In this document: one piece after another, positions 215,388 through 229,439 of the stretch
How the letters are laid out: every line of letters begins with the position of its first letter
How positions within the stretch are numbered: position 1 is the stretch's first letter
Source: Wallemia ichthyophaga EXF-994
Taxonomy: Eukaryota; Fungi; Basidiomycota
Length of the DNA stretch: 248,000 nt
Direction: 5' to 3'
NCBI RefSeq assembly: GCF_000400465.1
Contig: NW_008806276.1
Span: forward strand, 20,001 to 268,000
Made by a program: the position numbers and the translations under genes
Notes under the pieces: model-generated
What the model was told of the DNA's origin: nothing
Database searches by the model: none
What the model saw: only the letters and a program-made list of their open reading frames with translations

Positions 215388-217067
215388 ATGCTGGCTTCGA
215401 TGATTTCGATGGGTTTGAAGAGCGGCGGCCCATCCACGCCCCTCAAGCAGTCCACCTCACAGCTCAAGACGATATTCGCTCTCGCTTCCGCCCCAGGCAA
215501 GGCAGGTATAGCTGTTGTGCGAGTATCTGGACCGGACGTGCGGCGGGTCTACGATGCATTAACGCCAACGCCAACGCACAAGCAACGCAGACTGCCGCAA
215601 GAGCGGGTGATGGTGAACAGAAGCATCGTGAATCCATCGACTAAGGAAGTCATCGACAGGGCGCTGCTGGTGTATTTTGCGGGTGTGTTTTGGTTGTTAA
215701 TGCGCACACACACACTCACACACCCACCCACTCATAGCTCCGCGCTCGTTCACCTCGCAGGATACACTAGAACTGCATCTGCATGGCGGCAACGCCGTCG
215801 TGGGGGCAGCGCTCAACGCAATCGCTTGTATAGACGGTTGCAGACCAGCTGAGAGGGGTGAATTTGCCAGACGAGCTTTCGAGTCGCATAAATTGGATCT
215901 TACTGAGATCGAAGGATTGAGGGATCTCGTTGATGCTGAAACGGAAATGCAGCGTAGATTGGCATTGCGGCAGTCGAGTGTGCGTCGATTGCTTGTTATT
216001 GTCTTGGTATATCTTACGCGGATCAGGGCGCTGTTAGACAGCAATACGACGATATGCGCTTGGATATCATTCACGCACTCTCCATCGTGGAAGCCGTGAT
216101 AGATTTTGGGGAAGATGAGCAGATTGAGGAAGGCGTTTTAAGTCAAGGTAGGTGTGTGTGTGTGAGGTGATAATGTCTAACACTTGCACCTTCTTTGCAC
216201 TTGATTCAGCCACGCAAAACACGCGTGATCTCGCCGCTAAAATCGAGAAACACCTCCATGATAACAGAAGAGGTGAAATTGTTCGCAGCGGGATTCGTTT
216301 GGCGATTTACGGCCCTCCTAACGCGGGGAAATCAACACTACTCAATCGCTTGGCTAGAAGAGAGGCTGCTATAGTATCACATCTCCCAGGTACTACACGC
216401 GACGTTATCCAACTTAGTCTCAATTTGGGTGGATATCCTGTCTTGGTTTCCGACACAGCCGGCGTGCGCACGACGGATGAAGAAATTGAGCAAATGGGTG
216501 TTAAAAGGGCTGTAGAAGAGTAGGTTGCGTTGTGATGTTCAAATCATCCACTGATTCGCTATCAGAGCCCGCCAGGCAGATATCACACTCGTCGTTCTTG
216601 ACTTGCCTGTTTTATTACAGGAGGGTAGACTTGATGTGGATTTGAAACACATTTCCAAAGACTCAATCGTACTTTTAAATAAATCAGACAGTCTCACCGC
216701 CCCATTGAATCAGACACAACTTGATAAAGTGAAGAAGCTGCTAGAACCATTTGAGAATGTGTTTGCTGGCAGTGTCAAGCAGGAGGCGGCTTTAGAGGAG
216801 TTTTTATTCACTTTAACAAACAATATCAAGCAGCAATTCGATATAGGTATGGCTGACATGCCAATCATCACAGATGCTAGACATCGATACCATCTCGAGC
216901 AGTGTCTGCAATTCCTCAAGGCTTTCATAGGCACACCCTCGAATGCGCCTGTAGAAGCTGCAGAGGAGCTGCGTTATGCCGCACTTGCGTTGGGTAGGGT
217001 GACTGGGAGAGTTGACGTGGAGGACGTATTAGACGCACTCTTTGCGGGTTTTTGCATCGGCAAGTAA
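215388..217067 (+). CDS. MSS1: Mitochondrial tRNA modification GTPase (MnmE/GTPBP3)
   Basis: [30 protein letters not shown]. Confidence 0.93.
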
Positions 217068-217184
217068 ATGTAAACAAACAAAAGTAAAAGGAAACACCAT
217101 TTAAACGACCATTACAAGCTCCCTCTCGAAAATTAACAAAAATTCCGTAGGTGTAGCGTGCGCATGCATAACGACTGTAATAAT

Positions 217185-217841
217185 CTAGAAGAGACGGTGA
217201 GCCTTACCCATAGTGCTCTTGATGTGAAGAGACTTGACGTTTTGCCAGTTCTTCTTAAGAAGAGAAACGAGGAAGTTTACAGCAAGCATAATGTTTGCGA
217301 CGAGCTCATCCTCGGACATGGTAACGTGACCAACGGCGACAGCCAAACAGAGAACCTTCTTAAGTTGGAACTTGATGGTTGACTTGACTTCGGTGGTCTT
217401 CTTCTCGAGGTCCTCTGAGTGAGAGACTGGGGTTGGGAACTTACCAGCCTTAGACAAACCAGGACCAAGCAAACGAGGAATCTGCTTGATGAGAGCCTCG
217501 GAAGCGACGAAAGCATCGTACTTCTTTGCGAGCTTCTTGACGAGCTTCTTGTTCTTGTTGAGCTTCTTCAAATCTTCAACAGACATGAACTCAAGGCCCA
217601 TAAGCTTAGCACGATCGATATCGGCAGCGTCACCAAGAAGGCAGAGAGCCATTCTAGGTCTTGGGACGTGTGGAAGCTTGATAGTACCAGAGAAACGCTT
217701 GTCTCTTTGTGGGTCGTAGTTCTTGAGACCAATTTGGAGCTCAACGGTCTCGACAAAGTTTCTCTTGTTCTCAGGCTTAGCACTTTGCTCAAGTACGTCC
217801 TTGACCTGCGCACGGACTGTGGAAGTTGGTAACTTGCTCAT
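217185..217841 (-). CDS. RPL1: 60S ribosomal protein uL1
   Basis: [27 protein letters not shown]. Confidence 0.96.
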   Translation of the reverse strand: MSKLPTSTVRAQVKDVLEQSAKPENKRNFVETVELQIGLKNYDPQRDKRFSGTIKLPHVPRPRMALCLLGDAADIDRAKLMGLEFMSVEDLKKLNKNKKLVKKLAKKYDAFVASEALIKQIPRLLGPGLSKAGKFPTPVSHSEDLEKKTTEVKSTIKFQLKKVLCLAVAVGHVTMSEDELVANIMLAVNFLVSLLKKNWQNVKSLHIKSTMGKAHRLF

Positions 217842-218044
217842 AGTGGTCGTCGTGAAGAGAGAAGGCGAGGTGAAAATTGGTCAAATTTGAAGTTTGAAAA
217901 TTGGAGTGTATGTGGGGGGATTGGGAGGGATATTTTAATTAGAATGGGGGTTTTATATATCTACTCACTGACAACAGAAATTCCGCAACTTACAAACCAA
218001 TTTACACCTATTCACAACCCCTTGCATCCCAACACCCACTCAAA

Positions 218045-220785
218045 ATGGGAAAATTCCTAAAGAAACATGCAAAAGGCAGAATTGACAAGTACTATCGTAT
218101 GGCCAAAGATCGTGGCTATCGAAGCCGTGCTTACTTCAAGCTGGCTGAGCTGAATAAGCGCTTTAACTTTATCGAGAAGAGTCGCATAGCTGTGGATTTA
218201 GGTGCAGCTGTTAGTATTCACTATTGATTTTCAATCAACGCTAATAAAAATAAAGCCTGGGTCTTGGTTACAGAATTTATCGAGTAGTATGCCTCATGGT
218301 TCTCTTATCATTGGTGGGCATTTCCATTGAATTCAAGTGAAGGCTTATAACTTTATAGGTGTTGATTTGGTTCCTATTGTTCCTATTCCACGTGTTACTA
218401 CCTTTGTTGCTGACTTAACAACTCAACATTGCAAGCAACTCATTACCAATGAAATGAAGGGAAACCTCGCTGACTTGGTTGTCCACGACGGTGCTCCTAA
218501 CGTTGGTGCTGCTTGGTTACAGGACGCTTTCGCTCAAAATGAGCTTGTACTCGCTAGTTTGAAGATTGCTGCTGAAATTCTTGAAAAGGGCGGTACTTTC
218601 GTCACAAAAGTGTTCAGATCAAAGGATTACAATAACCTCATGTGGGTTTTCAATCAACTCTTCAAAAACGTGAACGCAACAAAGCCAAACAGCTCTAGAT
218701 TGGTTTCTGCTGAGTTATTCGTCGTTTGTCAAGATTTTATTGCTCCTCAAAAGCTCGATCCTCGCTTCTTAGATCCTAAATACGTTTTCAAAGATATCGC
218801 TGCACTTGCTTCCGATTCTGGTAAAGGTTCTGCTGCTGCAAACGCTCACGCCAATGTCTTTATGCCTGAGAAGAAGACAAGAAAGAGGGAAGGTTATGAG
218901 GAAGGCAATTACCTTCAATTCAAAGCAATCAGTGCAACTGATTTCATCGAAAGCACTGAACCTGTCACAATACTTGGTACTCACAACGCAATAACCTTCA
219001 AATCAAAGGAAGATAAGAAGTTGTTGAAAAATGAAGACACCACCGATGACATTAAAGCTAATTGCGAAGATCTCAAAGTGTTAGGAAAGAAAGAATTTAA
219101 ACAACTAATGAAATGGAGACTAATTATACGCGAAGAGATGGGTCTCGAAGTTAGAAAGAAAGACATTAAAGAAGACGTTGACGATGCAGGTCAGTCAAAG
219201 GTTGAAGAGCATCCAATGAATCAAGATGAGCAAATAGCTGAGGAGATTGAGCGTATAGAAAACGAAGACTCAGCCCGTGCTAGAAAAGAACGTAGAAGAC
219301 GCAATGAGAAGCGTGCAAGGGAAGTTCAACGTATGCAGCTTAAGATGGGTGCACCACTTGATATCGGTTTGGAACAAGATGAACAGCTCCAAGATGATGT
219401 CTACCTCCCAGGCAACAAATCTAAACAGGACATGTTTGATTTGAAGCACTCTCAAAAACACATTAAAGGACGCAATCTCGATGAAATGGATGAGGATGAT
219501 GCATCTTCTGAAGAAGAAATCGAAGCTCCAAAATTCGAAGATGCTTATGAAGATGAGGAAGACAAGGTCGTTCGTCTTGAATCTCAAATGGATGGTATGT
219601 ATGAAAAGTACCAAGAAAAACTGCAAGACAGAGACCGTAAGCATCAAGTAAAGGAGGCACGTCGGAAAGATAAGAATAGAGAGGCTTGGGGTGGTATTCC
219701 TCGTCGTGGCGATGACGATGATGAGGATGATGATGATGAAGAGAATGAAGAAGAGGAAGAAGAGGAGTCTGAAGGAGAACACGGCTACGATGCTAAAGAA
219801 AAACGTAGCATGCAGCTTGACCAAGACTCGTCCGATGAAGAGGAGGAAAATGCCGGAAAGTCTAAGAAGTCAACAAAAAAACCGAAGAAAGCAGACAATG
219901 CTCAAGATGAAGCCGCTGCTAGTGTTTGGTTCGGTAATCCACTCTTCAATGGTGCTGATGGTATTGACGAAGAAAGCGAGGAGGAAGAAGACGACAAGCA
220001 ATCTGAGGATGAGTCAATGGAGGAAGACGAGAAACCCCAACAAGACAAAGAAGAGGACGAAGAATCTGACGGATTTGAAGTAGTACCTCAAGAAGACGAC
220101 GGTCAAATGTGGGATGTCGACGATGAGGATCAAGATGCAGTTCGTCAAAAGCGTATCGAAGGTGTGTATAGCGTAATCTTGCATTACTGTACTGACCATT
220201 TTAGACACTGGATTAATTACTGAAGAGGCTATGTCGATGGCTTACCGTTTGAAGAATGGTATGACCACCAAGCAGCAGCTTATAGATGATGGTTTCAACA
220301 AAAACGCCACTAACGATAGAGAGAATCTGCCTGATTGGTTCACCTCGGACGAGCGTAAGAACTACAAGGTCCACGTACCGATCACCAAGGAAGCAGTCGA
220401 CGCTTTGAAGGCTAGACAGAGAGCTATTGACGCACGTCCAATTAAGAAACTTGCTGAAGCGAAAGCCAAGAAGAAGTACAAGGCAACAAAGGCTGCTGAA
220501 AAGGCTGCGGCCAAGGCTGAGACTGTGATGGAGAATCAAGAGCTCACTGAAAAAGAGAAAGCTATGGGTGTACAGAAGATGATCAACAAGACGAAAGCCA
220601 ACGCTAACAAGAAGCGTGAAGTGAAGCTTGTTGTTGCTAAAGGTGCAGCTAAGGGTGTGAAGGGACGTCCAAAGGGAGTTAGTGGACGTTATAGAATGGT
220701 GGATAGGCGTTTCAAGACAGATATTAGAGGTATGCGCAATGCTAAGAGGCGTGCAGTAAACAACAAGAAACGTCGTAATGGTTAG
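218045..220785 (+). CDS. SPB1: Pre-rRNA 2'-O-methyltransferase Spb1
   Basis: [33 protein letters not shown], Spb1 C-terminus. Confidence 0.95.
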
Positions 220786-220843
220786 TAAATTGTATAATAG
220801 GGATAATTCAAGAATATATTTATTTATATCCATTACAATCATC

Positions 220844-222529
220844 ATGATTGACGGGCTTATTGTTTTGAACAAGGATGGGTAGGGGAATAGCAAGATATGG
220901 AATTTGTTCTAAATTTTTGTAGAAATGCGTTGCTGCACTCGAGCTTTAAGCAACCAAGCTTTTACCCAGCTATACACATTGACACATACAACTACAAGCA
221001 ACCAATTGAGCCTTTTTTCACAGTAGATACACCCCCAAATGGATCATTTAGTAGTTTTATACGGGTCAATGATATCGTAATCTTATGTCCATTCAATAAG
221101 AATGGTACGTGAAATGCTTAGCGCTGTCTCGACATCTAAATAAGCCCAGTGGACCTGTCGATCCCAATATCGTTCATTCAATTAACTATTAAGCTGCTAG
221201 TTGATTACTTTGGCAAGCTCAATGAGTCTGTAGTACGCGATAACTTTGACATCATCTACCAGGTTGGTGTTATACTGTTGCAAACAAAGCCCACAACTGA
221301 GTTTTATAGCTTATGGAAGAAATACTCGATAATGGCTTCCCTGTTACCACGGAAACTGCCGTTTTGAGCGATATCGTCGTTCCGCCTTCGACGCTGTCCA
221401 AGCTCATGTCGTCAGCTGGAATGAATGTGAAGAGGTTAGCGGGTGTGTTTGGGTGTTAATATTTCGCTTACGCTCATCAGTCAACCAAACGTTAGACCTT
221501 ACGCATCGCCAATCACATGGAGGAAGGCGGGCGTCAAGCACAATAACAATGAAATATTCTTCAATGTTATCGAGTCGATAGATGCGATTGTTGATAAGCA
221601 CGGAAATGCAGTCATGGCTGAGATCAATGGACAAATTGAGTGTGATTCGAGACTGTCTGGTGGGTAAAGCCGAGATATCTGACATAATTCTCATCATTGC
221701 GTCAAGGCACTCCCGACATACTATTAACATTGAAGAATTCCACTTCGATTGAAAAAACATCCCAGCATGCATGCATAAGGTAGATAGAAAACGTCTCTAT
221801 TATGAATAACACTCAAACCTTTCCACAGATACCAGCGTTGGATTAGAGAACGCGTTCTCTCATTCGTTCCACCAGACGGCCGTTTTAGATTGATTTCCTT
221901 CGAACCTAAAGTGAAACCTCGCTTGCCGATAAGCAGTAAATGCTCGATGAAGGTGTCCCCCTATGAAGGTAAGAAAGCTGTTTTGTTTGAGTGGATTGGT
222001 TTACCTTTTTTGCAGGTAACTTTGAATTAATTTTGACAAATACTGTCGGAAAGAAGATGGAGGGTGTTGAGTTGAGTATATTTCTCGGACACGGTGCAGT
222101 GTCTGCACGGGGCGAGTGTAAGAAGAAAAACACACCTTCTGGGAGCAAGGCAATAAGCTCGAACGAGTTCGATCATGTCACCAAGGTTTGTAGACAGCTA
222201 GATGAAAGCCTTAGCCTGAGCTGACAGGTAACTCCAGATATTCAAATGGAACATATCCCATATAGAACCAACTAGCGTACATACCCTGACTGCAAACTTC
222301 AAATCAAGGTGGGTTTCTACGGTTGACTTTGCTTTATGAGTTTACCTTGCAAAACAGCGAAGAATCACCACGACCCGAGACTGCGTTCGGAGTCAACTTC
222401 AGAATACCTCAGCATACAGCTTCTGGAGTCCAGATTGATGGTGTCAAAATCGCAGGCGATGCTGGCTACAAGCCATACAAAGGATTCAAGGGTGAACTGA
222501 CAAGTGGAAGCTACGAAATACGTTGGTAA
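220844..222529 (+). CDS. APM3: Adaptor complex mu subunit (AP-3 mu type)
   Basis: RDNFDIIYQ, ITWRKAGVKH.NNEIF, VQIDGVK, PYKG. Confidence 0.78.
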
Positions 222530-222613
222530 CAAGTAGAAGATAGAAACATGTATTATTTTCATATTTACTTTGTCTTCTCTCGTACGTCATCCGTCATCCG
222601 TCATCCTCACACT

Positions 222614-223971
222614 ATGAGTTTCATACCGCGTACAAACTTCATTTATCCCTCTCGAGCACCTAGTTGGTATATAGGGCATATGAGCAAAGGGATGAGAATT
222701 ATGACGGAGCAGCTCAATACAATCGATGTGATTATAGAAGCGAGAGATGCGCGTATACCGCTTACAGGGATAAATTATCAGTTTGAAAAGATGATTAAGA
222801 GTGGCTGGTCTAATAGAGCCAAGCTCGGCGGTATCACTGAGCGTATCGTAGTTTATACGAAGCGTGATCTCGCCGAAGAAAGATATGAGGGTGTGAGGAT
222901 GCTGCTTTAGAAGGCTAGGATTCCCTAACACAGCTGCCAGCCTCTGATACGCTCGTTCAAAAACTTGGCTGGTCAGCATGTCGTCTTTACCGATAGCAAG
223001 AACGACAAAGATCCACGCGTCGTTCAGCGGCAGCTTGTCTGTGGGTGCGTGTCGTAGCTTTCGATATGTCTAACGCACAACAGCCATTGCTAAAGAACAC
223101 GACGTCCCGAAACTCAATGTACTCGTCACCGGTATGCCAAATGTCGGTAAATCAACTTTTTTGAATGCGCTGAGAAGGGTAGGAGTACACAAAGGTTGGC
223201 TTCATATCGTAATGCTATAGTGTGCTGATAATAGTGTTAGGAAAGGCAGCTATTACAGGCTCAGATCCTGGCGTTACTCGCAAACTAACAGGCACTGTCA
223301 AGATAAATGAAGATCCTAACGTCTATATATACGATACACCCGGAATAATGGTACCGTTTCTTGGCCATGATGAAATGGGATTGGAAATGGGCCTAAAGCT
223401 AGCATTGACATGTGTGTGGATGACTTTGCATACATCCATTGACTCACACAGGCCATCGCAGCGGGAATTAAGCCCGATTTGATAGAGACGGAAACAATAC
223501 TTGATTATTTACTTTACAAACTCAATTTGAGAGACGCTGCCCAACGTTAGTTAGAAATTATATTACGCTATGTCATAACTGATCGGCTTGATAGATTCTC
223601 CGTACCAATCGCAACTACCGCTAGGGAAGAATTATCCTCCAACAAATGACATATACACACTGCTGGAAGACTTGGGCAGACGCATAGGTGCGCTTCGGAA
223701 AGGTGGGATTGTCGATATAGATAATTCATCGCAGTTCCTTATAAACGCAATGCGCCATGGCAAGTTTGGTCGGTGGACATTAGATGATTTTCCAGGAAAT
223801 GGTGAAGATAGTGTAGATTCGCGCGTACACTCCACTCTCAAGACTCATATCGATAGACAGCAACACAACATAGACAACGAGAATGAGCGTCGGAGTAAAT
223901 CGAGTATCCTAAAGCAGGAAAAGAGGGAAGCGGCTGCAAAACGCAAAGAGAAGCATAAAAAAAGACAGTAG
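222614..223971 (+). CDS. MTG1: Mitochondrial ribosome-associated GTPase
   Basis: WYIGHM, EARDARIPL, GMPNVGKS, DTPGI. Confidence 0.9.
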
Positions 223972-224612
223972 ATTGCATGTTTAGTTATTTGTAGTAATAC
224001 ATATGGATTTTTAGATCTAGAAAACTAAAAGAAGCTCTATAATACACATCTTGAATAAATATGCACCTTTTGCAAGTATTGAAAGGAGAGTGGCTCCAAG
224101 GAACCAACGATATCCGGAATTAAGAGCCAGACGATGCAGACGTCGATACTGGCTTGGAAGCGCTGGGATTAGAAGCAAAAAGCAAGCTACCGCCATCGTA
224201 GCTATCCTCCAACATTATCGAACCACGCCTCTCGACACCACCACCATTGGAGGAGTTTGACAACTGCGAAGACTTCAACTTGGGGGTTGAGAGTGGAGTA
224301 GAGTTGTTGTTGTTACTACTGCTGTTGTTGGGACACATTGTTTGTATGAGTTGCTTCTGCCGGAATTCGGTCAAAATTTCAGTGCACCGCAATAGTCACC
224401 ATCACTCACCCTGATCGCTTGTATATCTAGCTCATGCTGGCCTACGTGACTTTCTTTGAAACTGCTGATCAGTTCCTCAATTTCCATTATCAATCTTTAT
224501 CGCGATCGAGGTTGGAGCGAGCGAGTCAATCACACTATCTGCCGTAAAATAAAATTGTAGAAATGTAGAACATGAATGGAAATGTAATAACTTATCAAGA
224601 AGAGATATCTAT

Positions 224613-226733
224613 CTATGTACTTTTCTTCTTCTTGTCTTTCTGCTGCTTCTTTTTTATATCCTTCTTCTTGGATTCGAGAAGAGCGTGCTAGAGTTTTGTG
224701 AGTACGCGCTACTATTTCACACAACCCACTTACCTCATCCGTTTGGCGTTTCTGGGAGTGCTTAACTTTGTTGTAGAGCTTGCGCTGCTTAGATCCCATC
224801 ATTAAGTGTGCCATATCGTCATCCTCCTTTTCTTTGCCGCCGGAAGTATTCTGCTGAGGGCAAATGTGTTAGCGGAAAATTTCGGGAATTTCCAAGTGAA
224901 GCTAGTCTCACCTTCTTTGAGGACTTGGAAGACTTCTTGGCCTTCTTGAGTTCAGCTTCGAACACATCATGGGAAATACCGAGCTGTTCTGCTTCAAGTT
225001 CGGCTGCGTCGTGTAATGACTCGTCATTTGGATTCTGAGCAGCAGCAATAAGCGCTTCGGTAGGATATTTACTCTTAGGTGCTTCTTGTGCTTGCTCCTT
225101 CTCTTCTTCGTCTTCTTGCATGTCCTCATCTTGCACGTCCTCATCCTCTTCTCCCTCCTCCTCATCTTCGGCAGCCTCTTTCTCTTCAATCTCCAGACCA
225201 GGTACATAGGCTTCTTCGTCAGCAACTTCGAATGGTGACATATGTGGGGGGAGCGTCTCTCCAGGTGCGTATGGTTCAGTTGGAAGCAATCTCCCGGCAT
225301 TTGCCGAGTCAACGATCCATTGTGGTTGAATGTACGCTCTCTTGAGGTTGAGCTCTTTCAAACGAGCTGGAAGGTGTGGTCTGTCGACGACCATGTGAGT
225401 GATACGAGCATCTGTCTCGTCAGGTACTGGTGAGCCACCACCGAGAGTAGTCATATCCCATCCAACCTGACCACCGAATGAACGGATCACAAACTCTAAA
225501 GTGGGTCTTGTAACCTCCCTTGAGAGATAGAAAGTGTATGGTGCAAAGAGGTTTGCACGTGCGGATTCAAACTTGGAGTTGGCGAGGAGAGTGTTTAGCG
225601 ATTGGCCAATATCAGTTGAGGCTTCAACGTTTTTTGATGGCTGCTCAACGAACTCTTCTGGTGCAGGAAGACCTTGTTGGTCGTCTTGAACATTTTCTTG
225701 TTCTTCAAGTTGATCGTCAGCTGGAGGAGCAGCTGTTTGACCAATTTGATTGATTTGCTTGCGAACATCTTTGGCGCTAACCTTAGCACTCTCAGCGACG
225801 TCATCTTCGCCAGATTTAGTGAGTGCACCTGATGCTTCTCTCAAATTGAAAGCACCAATACCAGCGCCAGTACCATCTTTGTCAATGTCGAGTGGTGGTG
225901 GGTAAACCAAGTTTATATCGTTATATAACTTGTAGAAGACGAAGCCAGTGAGTGTTTGATACAACTCCAAGAAGGTCATCAAGATTCTAAAATCAACATC
226001 TTCTGGAATGTGCTGAGTGAACATGTATGGAACTAACCACCTAATTGGTCTACCTTCCACTTCAGCTTCAAAGTAAACACCTTTGATTGATAAGAAAATT
226101 TTTCTGAGAGACTTTGTACGCATAACGTATAGTTGCCATTGAGCGGATAGTTTAGCGCAATTGTCGATGATGTCAGCAGGGATTCTGCTGTTAGCAGGTA
226201 AGTGGCTAAAGAGCATAATAAGTGAAATAGCATCAGGAAGATCGTTGAGAGTGGATTGGAATGTAGGATAACGCTCCCTAATGATATGATCTAATCTATA
226301 CTCAGGCTTTTGATTGTCCTCAATTGCCTTGGCTTGAACGAGCTCATTGCGGCCAATAAGCTTTGAAATCTTCTTTGCAAAAGACTTGTATTCTCTAAGG
226401 CTGTTGAGCAATGGCTCATGCTGCAAGTAAACGATATCTTTGGTGTAATAGAAAGCCTTTGGAGCTGTTGAGCCTTTATTAGCCTTCTTCTTGTTTCTAG
226501 GTTCTCTAGGAAAGATTCCTGTGGGTTACTTGTGAGCTCATTCTCCAGAATATTAGAGTTATCACCCACCCTTCAAAATACAGAGCCTTCTGAAGTCTGC
226601 GAGTGATATCTGCAATTTCTTAATTGCCTGGTTTTGTTAGAATATTTCAAGCACTTTCAAGTAAACACACTTGGTTTCTGGTCATGTAATTCTTCACGGC
226701 TCCCTTTTCATTCTTCTTTGTTATTCTACCCAT
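224613..226733 (-). CDS. NOP7: Pescadillo / Nop7
   Basis: [37 protein letters not shown], BRCT domain. Confidence 0.95.
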
Positions 226734-226847
226734 ATTGTACTCCTCGCCGTTGCTATCGAAGAGAGAAGTCGGGGATTTGTTATAAATTTGTGATAAATGA
226801 TTATATTTTACAATTCAGCGTGTACTCATCAAGTATTGTACACTTCC

Positions 226848-227380
226848 TCACGCTTTTTCACGCTTTATTTGGGCATTATTGGTGGCAGGAGACCGGGAAT
226901 TGTCTTGCAACGCTTCAGTTGGTATGTTCCCCTGTACATCAGATAACGCGCCTTTAAGTATGTAAATGTAGTCAGCTTCTTTAGTACCCAGCTTTATATC
227001 CTGTTTTGAGAGGAAAAGTGGTGCGTTGTGGGTATACGCTACAACAACTGTGCATCGTGGGCAACTGAGCCTATGTTGACGCTCACACATGCCATCTTTC
227101 CTGTTTGAAGGGTTTGTCAGTCATTCTTCGCAATCTATTTAATCTTCAGAACCTTTGAAGCATACAAGGCGTCTGCGATATCGCAGAAACCTTGAATTTG
227201 CGCTTTGTTGATTCATTTCCAGCATTATGCGTTATAATCACGCTTCCATCCGTTTTCCGCGTTGGAAGAAGGTCGATGGGCTTATCAACAACGAGCTGTA
227301 TGCGAGTGTTTAGAGTGTTTATTGTCTAATGAGCATCACTACATACGATAAACTCCCCGCAAATACAATAATAGCTCTTT
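226848..227380 (-). CDS. STEEP1/CXorf56-like protein (start uncertain)
   Basis: LPTRKTDGSVII, ERQHRLSCPRC, YILKGALS..QG. Confidence 0.65.
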
Positions 227381-227436
227381 AATTGCATTTCACAAGTCTT
227401 GGTGGTCGTCTTCCTCCTTCATCAACTAAACTTGGA

Positions 227437-229085
227437 ATGCAGCACAACAAGGAAATTATTGAGGACTCTACCACTTTTCCCGATAAACCAATCAAGCGCT
227501 TAGTCTTGGATGCCGCTCCTTTGCTCACTCAAGCCCCTATTCGTGGAATGGCACAAGAATTCTACACAACTCCTCACGTTATACAGGAATTGAGGGATGA
227601 GAAATCAAAGAAGCATCTAGAAATGCTTGAGATTCAAGGTGTTCATATAAATGTACAACAACCTGATCCAATCAGTTACGCAAAAGGTTCGATTCAATAA
227701 GCTTTTCATTTTCTCATTCGTCTCACTTAAATGCAGTTTCTAGCTTCTCAAAGCTTACTGGTGACTACAGCGTTTTGTCCGGTCCTGATATGGGTATTCT
227801 TGCGCTTACATATGCACTGGAAGTGAAAGAGAATGGTACTGTTAGATTGAGAGACGCACCCGGCAAAGTGGGTTTCCTGGATTCCCGTCGAAATATCTTA
227901 CATGATTATCCTCAGTCAACAGCAAAGAAACCTGTACAAAATCAGATCACAGACCCTAACTCGCCATCAACTTCATCACCAGCAATAGGTGATAAGCTGT
228001 CTGAAAAAATACAAAACGTTACTCTAGATGAGACGCCAAAGGGAAGGCAAGAACAAGATCAGCAGGATCCCCGTGCTCAACAACCTCATCAACAACCCGC
228101 TGAGGAAGAATTCACAACAGTATCAAAGGGTATGTCAATAGCAGCAAAACCACGCCGCAACAAGAACACACAGTCTCAGGATGACTTTGGAAGTATACAG
228201 GTTGATGATAAGAGTGAAGGGGAAGACGAATCAGATGATGAAGATGCAGGTGACTGGATCACACCAGATAACGTAGAAGATCACAAAGCAGTTGATCTCG
228301 GTCACCAGACAATTCAAGAGCAGTCGAAGAAGGATACATCAAAGAAGCCGCCCGTATTCCTAAAAGCGGCATGCATGACAGCTGATTTTGCTATGCAAAA
228401 TGTACTCATACAGATAGGACTCAATCTGGTTGGTACAAATGGACAGAGAATCAAAAGCGCCAAGAGCTGGGTACTCAGATGTCATGCTTGTTTTAAGTAA
228501 GTAATTTCCTACTAAAAACCTGCGTCTCACATTCCCAATAAAGACTCTGCAGAGATCAGTCAAAAAGGTTCTGCCCCGCTTGTGGTAACAGCACTCTTTT
228601 GAGAACGTCAATAACAACATATGCACCTAAATCAGCAGATGCTGCACCTGTAGTTAAGGTACACTTGAAGAAGAACTTCCAGTACAAGAATAGAGGTACC
228701 AAGTACTCTATTCCTGCATCTAGAGTTGGTAGCTCCAAGACTGGCAGTGGACTGCCGTTGATATTGCGAGAGGATGATCCAGATTTCCAAAGATCGGTGC
228801 ACGCCGACCAAGTTGCAAAGCGCAAAGAGGAAAAAGCGCTGATGAGATCTCTCGAAAAGGGAAAAGCAGGCACCAGTGGTTTTACGTGAGTTTATGGACT
228901 TTTCATATGAGTCAAAGATCTGACGTAATTCTAAAAGCGGCCAATGGATGGATCCTGACTGGTTACCAGGATTGCTTGCGCCTGACGCAAATGCTAGGCG
229001 GACGGGAGGTAGAGGCCCTGCTCGCATAGGTCATGGACGGAGGAACCCGAACGAAGTACGCAAGCAGGGCAAGAAAAAGAAGTAG
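227437..229085 (+). CDS. NOB1: 20S pre-rRNA endonuclease Nob1
   Basis: LVLDAAP PIN start, LSGPD, TADFAMQNVL, WVLRCHACF, FCPACG. Confidence 0.93.
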
Positions 229086-229439
229086 AGAAAGAAGATAAGT
229101 GTATTTGAAGATATACAGTGCATTTGTTTATAGATGTAAAAATTTTATAATTGTTAAGATAACGGAAAGTAGGGTTGTAGAATGGATTATAAGGTATGTA
229201 AAGGGCTGGTTATTTCAGAAAACAAGAGTGGCTGAGCTGCTGTAGCCGCTCGAATCCTCAAGACACTTCTTCATCGCCGGCCACCAAGACCCGATGAAGA
229301 TGGAGCCGCCGACATCTATAAACTCACTAGAGCTAGAGTCAAAGCCTGTGGAGGGTACAAGAGGCAGGAAGAAGGGACCACGTCGTACACAATTCTGTGA
229401 GTTGAGCTCCGTTGAGCTCCGAAATGACTCATCAGATAC

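Noticed and set aside
224120-224392. Small ORF between MTG1 and NOP7
   Set aside because: Low-complexity 90-aa ORF without ATG-supported structure or a recognisable motif; not enough support to call.
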